From a virus (lineage: Duplodnaviria > Heunggongvirae > Uroviricota > Caudoviricetes), in IMG/VR virus record IMGVR_UViG_2537562194_000021: a stretch of DNA of 5,056 nt. One strand, given 5' to 3'. The notes under the pieces were generated by a model, which was not told the DNA's origin, did not search any database, and saw nothing but the letters and a program-made list of their open reading frames with translations. Both the position numbers and the translations under genes were made by a program. Positions 1 to 5,056 of the stretch are shown here, piece after piece; the first letter of the stretch is position 1; every line of letters begins with the position of its first letter.

Positions 1-2
1 GA

Positions 3-257
3 CCCTGGCCTTTGATTGATGGCGTCGGGCAGATTTACGGCATGTATGTCCTGACTGAAACGAATACGACCCGCTCCGAGTTTGATCGCTACGGTAAGGC
101 GAAAAAGATAGAATTTTCACTGACTCTTGAACGCTGTGATGAGGATTTGCGGGAGCGCCTGCAATCCTCATCGTTCAGTGATATGCTGTCCGGCTTCAAA
201 GATAAGGTCACATCATCCCTTAACAGCGCGGCCAGCTCCGTTAAAGGGCTGTTTTGA
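3..257 (+). CDS. C-terminal fragment of an unidentified protein, possibly a phage tail/structural protein; 5-prime end lies outside the window
   Basis: The frame is open from the window edge (codons from position 3) to TGA at 255-257; the track's start at 12 is a TTG and probably not the real start. The translation (..PLIDGVGQIYGMYVLTETNTTRSEFDRYGKAKKIEFSLTLERCDEDL..) looks like real protein and is followed by a strong hairpin terminator. The resemblance to P2 gpU-like tail proteins is from memory only and is not verified. Confidence 0.5.
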   Translation, partial: PWPLIDGVGQIYGMYVLTETNTTRSEFDRYGKAKKIEFSLTLERCDEDLRERLQSSSFSDMLSGFKDKVTSSLNSAASSVKGLF

Positions 258-264
258 TTAACGC

Positions 265-294
265 AAAACCGCTAATGGTCAGATTAGCGGTTTT
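265..294. terminator. Bidirectional intrinsic terminator shared by the convergent left gene and the invertase gene
   Basis: Perfect 12-bp inverted repeat aaaaccgctaat (265-276) / attagcggtttt (283-294) around a 6-nt loop (ggtcag). Because the arms begin with A4 and end with T4, the hairpin is followed by a U-run on either strand. The invertase stop codon (284-286) lies inside the 3-prime arm. Confidence 0.6.
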
Positions 295-883
295 CATTTT
301 CCTGAGTCTGCCTGGTTGTTTCTTCAGCCTGTATATCGCCTACAGGGTGATAACGATAAATTGTCGATATGCCGATGTCGTAAATGATCGCCAGTTGTTT
401 CCTGTCATGACCGTTTTTGATCAGCCTTGCTATTTGCTCATGCTGTTCTTTTGTCCGCTTCGGGCGACGTCCGCCTGTGCGCCCCCGTGCGCGCGCTGCC
501 GCCAGTCCGGCCAGTGTACGTTCAACAATTAATTCACGTTCCATTTCAGCTAGGGCACCCATCACGTGGAAGAAAAAACGCCCCATTGGAGAAGATGTAT
601 CTATGCTGTCGGTCAGACTGCGAAAATTAATCCCTCGCTCCCGTAGTTCTCCGACGAGAGAAATCAGATGTTTCATGCTTCGCCCAAGGCGATCCAGTTT
701 CCAGACAACCAGCGTGTCACCTTTTTGAAGCCGCTTTAAAGCGCGTTTTAATCCCGGTCGGTCTGTCTTTGTCCCGCTTAATTTATCTTCAAATATTTGT
801 TCACATCCTGCACAAACAAGAGCGTTTCGTTGCAGGTCTGTATTCTGGTCATTTGTTGATACCCTTACATAACCAATCAGCAC
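284..883 (-). CDS. Site-specific DNA invertase, serine recombinase of the Gin/Pin/Cin/Hin family (about 199 aa)
   Basis: The translation carries the family's N-terminal catalytic motif LIGYVRVSTNDQNTDLQ (catalytic Ser at residue 9, codon 857-859), the central conserved block WKLDRLGRSMKHLISLVGELRERGINFRSLTDSIDTSSPMGRFFFHVMGALAEMERELI, and a C-terminal helix-turn-helix region (RKQLAIIYDIGISTIYRY). The track begins the ORF at a TTG (899-901), but GTG at 881-883 gives the canonical M-L-I-G-Y-V-R-V-S N-terminus and is preceded by GGGAG (891-895) with a 7-nt spacer. Confidence 0.93.
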   Translation of the reverse strand: MLIGYVRVSTNDQNTDLQRNALVCAGCEQIFEDKLSGTKTDRPGLKRALKRLQKGDTLVVWKLDRLGRSMKHLISLVGELRERGINFRSLTDSIDTSSPMGRFFFHVMGALAEMERELIVERTLAGLAAARARGRTGGRRPKRTKEQHEQIARLIKNGHDRKQLAIIYDIGISTIYRYHPVGDIQAEETTRQTQENENR

Positions 884-937
884 ACTGAATCTCCCGTCCA
901 AAAGCGCAAATCATGCCATGCAGGCCGGAAACGGCCA

Positions 938-963
938 TTATCTAAAACCTCGGTTTACAGGAA
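938..963. other. Left 26-bp recombination (crossover) site for the invertase, gix/pix/cix/hix-like; predicted core dinucleotide TC at 950-951
   Basis: ttatctaaaacc-tc-ggtttacaggaa is two imperfectly palindromic 12-bp half-sites around a 2-bp core, and closely matches the gix-type sequence as I recall it. An inverted copy is at 4241-4266. It lies 55 bp from the invertase start. Confidence 0.85.
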
Positions 964-1019
964 ACGGTAAATCAGGCTTCTGGCGCATTACAGAAAAACC
1001 AGAACGGCGCAGATATTCC
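938..1019. repeat. Left arm of the 82-bp inverted repeat bounding the invertible segment
   Basis: The reverse complement of 4185-4266 matches 938-1019 with only 2 mismatches (positions 943 and 946, both in the outer half-site). Identity is perfect from 947 to 1019 and decays inward after 1019. Confidence 0.9.
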
Positions 1020-1908
1020 GGGAAAAGATACCTTCACCAAAAATATTGGGGCCTGCCGCGCATATAGCGCATGGCTGGATATTGGTGGCGATAGTCAGGT
1101 CTGGACAACCGCGCAATTTATTTCGTGGCTGGAGAGTCAGGGAGCATTTAACCATCCTTACTGGATGTGCAAAGGCTCATGGGCTTATGCAAATAATAAG
1201 GTCATTACAGATACAGGTTGCGGAAATATTTGTCTTGCAGGTGCTGTGGTGGAAGTTATTGGCACTCGCGGCGCAATGACCATACGCGTTACCACGCCGA
1301 GCACGTCCAGCGGTGGAGGAATTACTAACGCTCAATTCACTTATATTAATCATGGTGATGCTTACGCTCCTGGCTGGCGACGAGACTACAACACGAAAAA
1401 TCAACAACCTGCATTTGCTTTAGGGCAAACAGGAAGCACTGTCGGAAATGATAAAGCTGTTGGCTGGAACTGGAATAGCGGGGTCTATAACGCAAATATT
1501 GGTGGCGCATCGACATTAATCCTCCACTTCAATATGAATACGGGGAGCTGCCCTGCTGCACAGTTCCGCGTGAATTACAGAAATGGCGGAATCTTTTATC
1601 GTTCAGCGCGTGATGGTTATGGCTTTGAAGCTGACTGGTCAGAGTTTTACACCACAACCCGCAAACCCTCTGCGGGAGATGTTGGTGCATATACGCAGGC
1701 AGAATGTAACTCAAGGTTTATTACAGGTATTCGCCTTGGCGGTCTGTCATCTGTTCAGACATGGAATGGTCCCGGCTGGTCTGACAGGTCAGGTTATGTC
1801 GTTACGGGTTCAGTTAACGGAAACCGTGATGAATTAATTGATACAACTCAGGCAAGGCCAATTCAGTATTGCATTAATGGGACGTGGTATAACGCGGGGA
1901 GTATTTAA
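949..1908 (+). CDS. Silent alternative tail-fiber C-terminal (receptor-binding) cassette, Sv'-like; has no start codon and is expressed only after inversion fuses it to the constant part
   Basis: Frame 1 is open from the TAA at 943-945 to the TAA at 1906-1908. I translated 949-1164 by hand and found no stop and no ATG/GTG/TTG. The first 24 codons (949-1020, [24 protein letters not shown]) are identical to the linker of the expressed fiber. The C-terminus (..PIQYCINGTWYNAGSI) parallels the expressed fiber end (..[16 protein letters not shown]). The track's ATG at 1165 is an internal Met. Confidence 0.8.
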   Translation, partial: LGLQETVNQASGALQKNQNGADIPGKDTFTKNIGACRAYSAWLDIGGDSQVWTTAQFISWLESQGAFNHPYWMCKGSWAYANNKVITDTGCGNICLAGAVVEVIGTRGAMTIRVTTPSTSSGGGITNAQFTYINHGDAYAPGWRRDYNTKNQQPAFALGQTGSTVGNDKAVGWNWNSGVYNANIGGASTLILHFNMNTGSCPAAQFRVNYRNGGIFYRSARDGYGFEADWSEFYTTTRKPSAGDVGAYTQAECNSRFITGIRLGGLSSVQTWNGPGWSDRSGYVVTGSVNGNRDELIDTTQARPIQYCINGTWYNAGSI

Positions 1909-1910
1909 CG

Positions 1911-2444
1911 ATGATGCACTTAAAAAACATTACTGCTGGCAACCCTAAAACAAAAGAGCAATACCAGCTAACGAAACAATTTAACATCAAATGGCTTTAT
2001 TCAGAGGATGGAAAAAACTGGTATGAGGAACAAAAGAATTTCCAGCCAGACACTTTGAAAATGGTCTATGACCATAACGGCGTTATTATTTGTATTGAAA
2101 AGGATGTTTCAGCAATTAATCCGGAAGGCGCAAGCGTCGTTGAATTACCTGATATTACAGCAAATCGCCGTGCTGACATTTCGGGTAAATGGATGTTCAA
2201 AGATGGCGTAGTGGTAAAACGAACTTATACCGAGGAAGAGCAGAGGCAGCAGGCGGAAAATGAAAAGCAAAGCCTGCTACAGCTCGTCAGGGATAAAACC
2301 CAGCTATGGGACTCACAGCTACGGCTGGGCATCATTTCCGACGAGAATAAACAAAAATTAACAGAGTGGATGCTCTTTGCGCAGAAAGTCGAATCTACAG
2401 ACACTTCCAGCCTGCCAGTAACGTTTCCCGAACAACCTGAATGA
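1911..2444 (+). CDS. Tail-fiber assembly protein (Tfa/U-like chaperone) cognate to the silent cassette, currently in the silent orientation
   Basis: A 177-aa ORF starting 2 nt after the Sv' stop, with GGGGAG at 1896-1901 as a ribosome-binding site. Its first ~120 aa are roughly two-thirds identical by eye to the convergent ORF at 2473-3000 (shared MMHLKNI.., [30 protein letters not shown]), while the C-termini diverge. Confidence 0.85.
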   Translation: MMHLKNITAGNPKTKEQYQLTKQFNIKWLYSEDGKNWYEEQKNFQPDTLKMVYDHNGVIICIEKDVSAINPEGASVVELPDITANRRADISGKWMFKDGVVVKRTYTEEEQRQQAENEKQSLLQLVRDKTQLWDSQLRLGIISDENKQKLTEWMLFAQKVESTDTSSLPVTFPEQPE

Positions 2445-2447
2445 GAC

Positions 2448-2474
2448 AAGGCCCGATAGCGGGCCTTAATTTTT
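2448..2474 (+). terminator. Intrinsic terminator between the convergent assembly genes; strong in the + direction, weak in the - direction
   Basis: Hairpin aaggcccg-atag-cgggcctt (2448-2467) is followed on the + strand by aatttttatt. On the - strand the hairpin is followed by gtctcattcagg, with no U-run. Confidence 0.55.
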
Positions 2475-3000
2475 ATTCAGGCTTTTGTGGCCATTCAGGA
2501 TTTGCCGTATCCACACGGCTGACCAGAACACTGTAGCGTTCCCATGACTCCAGTCGTGCGCGTTCCTCATCCGTCGCCATATTCAGCCTGACAGCGCGCT
2601 CCAGTGGCTGAATAACGCTTTCCGCTTCGGAAAGTAACGCGGCCTTTTGTGATTCGGCCTGTTGTTGCTGCTCGTCTGCCGTATAAATCCGTTTAACTAC
2701 AGCTCCGTCCTTAAACATCCACTTACCGGAATCATCGGCCCGACGATTGGCTGTTATATCGGGGACCTCAACGACGTTAAAACCTTCAGGGTTAAGCGTG
2801 GAGGCATCTTTAGTTATGGCAACAATAATATTATGTTCATCGTAAACAATCTTTATTGTGTCTTCCTGAAAATTCTTTACCTCTTCATACCAGTTTTTTC
2901 CGTCTTCGGACCACAACCAGATAACGTCAAAATTCTTTGTTAATTCGTACTGTTTCAGTGTTTTAGCGTTACCCGCTTTAATGTTCTTTAAGTGCATCAT
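2473..3000 (-). CDS. Tail-fiber assembly protein (Tfa/U-like chaperone), expressed orientation, translationally coupled to the tail-fiber gene
   Basis: A 175-aa ORF whose ATG (2998-3000) lies 1 nt after the tail-fiber stop (3002-3004). It is a paralogue of the 1911-2444 product, with a conserved N-terminal two-thirds and a divergent C-terminus. Confidence 0.88.
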   Translation of the reverse strand: MMHLKNIKAGNAKTLKQYELTKNFDVIWLWSEDGKNWYEEVKNFQEDTIKIVYDEHNIIVAITKDASTLNPEGFNVVEVPDITANRRADDSGKWMFKDGAVVKRIYTADEQQQQAESQKAALLSEAESVIQPLERAVRLNMATDEERARLESWERYSVLVSRVDTANPEWPQKPE

Positions 3001-3001
3001 A

Positions 3002-5056
3002 TTAAACGCTCGCTACATTATACCAGGTGCCATTTATATACTTTTGAACTGGTCTGTAATAAACGCCAGCTATATTATCGGCAGAATTTGACCCTGTATC
3101 CTGAACATTTATACCAGACAATACATGACCTGAAGGGCACTGGAAGTTCCATGTTTGCCAGTTGTTCACACCATAATATTGCTGTGAACCAAGCCGAACA
3201 TCTTTCACATATCGGGAATCAATGTTACCCCAGTTGCTTGGTTGTATCTGACCGTTTACAGCAAATGTCACCGAGTTATCTGTATTTCGCTGACTATAGA
3301 AATGCCAGCCTGAATCATCACCAAGCTCTGCAACAGTTGGTCTTGACGAATTTCCCCACAAGTTAAATGATGCATTACGGGCAGCGGTATTTGCACTTGA
3401 AAGTGTGAATAACTTACTTTCCCCAGCCTGAATACCCTTTAATGATATTGCTGAACCATTTCTAAAGCGGAATACATGCACACCATTAGCATAAGCATCC
3501 AGCACCCCATCACCATTTTGTTTAAACCCGGTATCGTTATCTCCTAAAACTATTGAATTGCTACCCAGGGCATTAGCCGTTCCAATCCCCAGATTTCCGC
3601 TAAAAATGGCATTAATACCGAATATTGAGTGAGAACAATAAAACCCTCGCCCATTGTTAAAATCAAGAATAGCTTGTGCGTTCGTGCTTTCTGTCGCGGG
3701 ATTAGTTGCTCCCCACTTATATGTTGTTTGACCGACGGTATAATCCTGAGTTGGAACAATAACCGTTAGCCCTTCTTCAGCAGAAACCCGCACAGGAAAA
3801 GCCCTGCCTTCAACGTAAAAAACGCTGCATACATCATCTTCTTTAAGGCTTGTTACAATGGAATGGATTGCGCGCTCATTAGTCTGATACGTCGAAAAAT
3901 AACCTGCCGCATATGAACCACGATCAGTCCAGCCACCAGGCATTACCATTCCATTGAATTCGCAGTTATTCATTTCGTAATTACCACCGGCAGATGTGGT
4001 CGTTATAATCACTCTGGAAGCCAGCTCGCCAGTGCTGCCTGTGGAACGCCGGAAAATAACTGGATACCACTTTCCACCAACTGCATTAGACGGCGCATTA
4101 AATGCGTACTGCTGCATTCCTTTTTTCTTATCCACCTCGCCTTTGCTGTAAACATTAATGTTACTCAGGAAGCGATCCTTATCAGGAATATCTGCGCCGT
4201 TCTGGTTTTTCTGTAATGCGCCAGAAGCCTGATTTACCGTTTCCTGTAAACCGAGGTATTCGATAACGGCGGCAACGGTCGATTTCGCAAGAATATCCCG
4301 CCCTACTTTTGTCAGAGTTGCCAGGCTGGCGACATCATTCCCCGTAAAATACGGAAACCTGTCTGCCGCAGTAGCAAGCCCGGCCAGCGCCGTCAGGGTG
4401 GCATCTTTCGGTTGCTTACCCGCAAGCGCGTTAGTCATGGTGGTCGCAAAATTCGGGTCGTTGCCCAGCGCCGCCGCCAGCTCGTTCAGCGTGTTCAGTG
4501 CGTCAGGTGAAGAGTCTACAAGTGCGGCAATCGCGGCCATAACGAAAGCCGTGCTTGCGATTTGGGTATTATTCGTTCCCTGTTGTGCAGTTGGTGTTGT
4601 TGGCGTTCCGGTCAGTGCCGGGCTGTTTAATGGGGCTTTCTTGTTCGTTTCATCCATTACCGCCTTAACCGCTTTTGGTGTCGCTGCCAGCGTTTCAGAC
4701 GTGCTGTTGGTTGCACTGCTGAGCTGGACTATCCCTTTTCGTGCCGTCGTGGCGTCCTGAGCGGTATATTTTCCGTTAGCCAGGTCATACGCGGCCTTAA
4801 CCGCTTTCGGCGTTGCGGCCAGCGTTTCAGAATCGCTGTTAGTGGCGCTACTGAGTTGAACAAAGCCTTTTGCGGTCAGCGAGGCATCCGGGTGACGTCG
4901 TGACTGTTCATGCTCTTTCAGTTTGTCATCCACGTAATCCACTGTGGCCATCACCATGGTGTTATCCACGGTAAGCGCCACGCTGGCAGTGCTGGATACG
5001 GTTAGAATGGTGCGAAATGTTTGTGCACGTCCGGACCCCTCGGCAACGGTTGGCTT
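3002..5056 (-). CDS. Tail fiber protein (P2 H / Mu S / P1 S-like): constant N-terminal part plus the currently expressed variable C-terminal part; 5-prime end lies beyond the window
   Basis: The - strand frame is open from the window edge (5056) to TAA at 3002-3004; the track's start at 4981 is an internal GTG. The N-terminal region has the tandem [24 protein letters not shown] motifs and the [37 protein letters not shown] block that I recall from P2 H-type fibers. The crossover site lies inside the gene at 4241-4266, at ..[11 protein letters not shown]... Confidence 0.92.
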   Translation of the reverse strand, partial: KPTVAEGSGRAQTFRTILTVSSTASVALTVDNTMVMATVDYVDDKLKEHEQSRRHPDASLTAKGFVQLSSATNSDSETLAATPKAVKAAYDLANGKYTAQDATTARKGIVQLSSATNSTSETLAATPKAVKAVMDETNKKAPLNSPALTGTPTTPTAQQGTNNTQIASTAFVMAAIAALVDSSPDALNTLNELAAALGNDPNFATTMTNALAGKQPKDATLTALAGLATAADRFPYFTGNDVASLATLTKVGRDILAKSTVAAVIEYLGLQETVNQASGALQKNQNGADIPDKDRFLSNINVYSKGEVDKKKGMQQYAFNAPSNAVGGKWYPVIFRRSTGSTGELASRVIITTTSAGGNYEMNNCEFNGMVMPGGWTDRGSYAAGYFSTYQTNERAIHSIVTSLKEDDVCSVFYVEGRAFPVRVSAEEGLTVIVPTQDYTVGQTTYKWGATNPATESTNAQAILDFNNGRGFYCSHSIFGINAIFSGNLGIGTANALGSNSIVLGDNDTGFKQNGDGVLDAYANGVHVFRFRNGSAISLKGIQAGESKLFTLSSANTAARNASFNLWGNSSRPTVAELGDDSGWHFYSQRNTDNSVTFAVNGQIQPSNWGNIDSRYVKDVRLGSQQYYGVNNWQTWNFQCPSGHVLSGINVQDTGSNSADNIAGVYYRPVQKYINGTWYNVASV
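4185..4266. repeat. Right arm of the 82-bp inverted repeat, lying inside the tail-fiber coding sequence
   Basis: It is the reverse complement of 938-1019 with 2 mismatches in the outer half-site. It encodes the 24-aa linker [24 protein letters not shown] of the expressed fiber. Confidence 0.9.
4241..4266. other. Right 26-bp recombination (crossover) site, inverted relative to the left site; predicted core at 4253-4254
   Basis: The reverse complement of 4241-4266 is ttatcgaatacc-tc-ggtttacaggaa. The inner half-site is identical to the left site and the outer half-site differs at 2 positions. Confidence 0.85.
4664..4867 (-). repeat. Intragenic tandem repeat encoding two copies of a 24-aa motif in the tail-fiber constant region
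   Basis: Unit 1 (4796-4867) encodes [24 protein letters not shown] and unit 2 (4664-4735) encodes [24 protein letters not shown]. The period is 132 bp and nucleotide identity is roughly three-quarters by eye. Confidence 0.7.

Larger units (their letters stand above)
950..4254. other. Invertible DNA segment (G/C/P-segment-like), about 3.3 kb, carrying two alternative tail-fiber C-terminal cassettes and two tail-fiber assembly genes in mirror-image order
   Basis: It is bounded by the inverted crossover sites at 938-963 and 4241-4266, with an invertase gene immediately outside the left boundary. Internal gene order is Sv'(+) tfa'(+) | tfa(-) Sv(-). Confidence 0.85.

Noticed and set aside
254-728. 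Track ORFs on the + strand (254..532, 417..728, 427..630) overlapping the invertase gene
   Set aside because: They are antisense to a strongly supported invertase CDS, have odd composition (Arg/Pro/Cys/Ser-rich), and have no ribosome-binding sites. They are typical shadow ORFs.
284-901. Track start of the invertase at TTG 899-901 (N-terminus MDGRFSV..)
   Set aside because: The in-frame GTG at 881-883 gives the canonical family N-terminus (M-L-I-G-Y-V-R-V-S) and has a well-spaced GGGAG. The TTG has no ribosome-binding site and would overlap the leader.
1046-1837. Track ORFs 1046..1279 (+), 1177..1407 (-), 1529..1714 (-), 1583..1837 (+) inside the silent fiber cassette
   Set aside because: They are out of frame with, or antisense to, the long open frame 949..1908, which shows clear tail-fiber character and continuity with the shared linker. 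They have no independent support.
2225-2943. Track ORFs 2225..2449 (-) and 2662..2943 (+) overlapping the two tail-fiber assembly genes
   Set aside because: They are antisense to the two paralogous assembly-protein ORFs, whose mutual similarity confirms the real frames.
938-4266. Flagellar phase-variation switch (hin/fljBA-type) or a multi-site shufflon
   Set aside because: The segment encodes tail-fiber and assembly proteins, not flagellin or a promoter. Only two crossover sites are present, and the recombinase is a serine invertase rather than an Rci-type tyrosine recombinase.
2992-4760. Track ORFs 2992..3366 (+), 3550..3759 (-), 4398..4760 (+) inside the tail-fiber gene
   Set aside because: They are antisense or out-of-frame shadow ORFs within a 2-kb continuous fiber reading frame. 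The product of 4398..4760 is a low-complexity Ala/Ser/Val string, typical of the antisense strand of a GC-rich gene.
1-5056. CRISPR arrays, tRNA/rRNA genes, IS elements or transposase genes
   Set aside because: No short direct repeats with spacers, no cloverleaf-like conserved tRNA motifs, and no transposase-like ORFs were seen. The only repeats are the switch's inverted repeat, the intragenic collar repeat, and the diverged cassette paralogy.

Overview
This window holds a complete serine-invertase tail-fiber host-range switch of the Gin/Cin/Pin (G-segment) type, a well-characterised class rather than a new system. All calls come from reading the sequence and ORF track by eye; no database search was run. 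Left to right: the 3-prime end of an unidentified + strand gene (3..257); a shared hairpin terminator; a - strand DNA invertase (284..883, most likely starting at GTG); a 26-bp crossover site (938..963); and a ~3.3 kb invertible segment (about 950..4254). The segment carries a silent, start-less alternative tail-fiber C-terminal cassette (949..1908, +) with its tail-fiber assembly gene (1911..2444, +), facing the expressed assembly gene (2473..3000, -) and the expressed tail-fiber variable region (3002..4253, -). The inverted crossover site lies at 4241..4266, inside the tail-fiber gene, whose constant 5-prime part runs off the right edge of the window. The two sites sit within an 82-bp inverted repeat encoding a shared 24-aa linker. 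No tRNA, rRNA, CRISPR array or IS element was seen.
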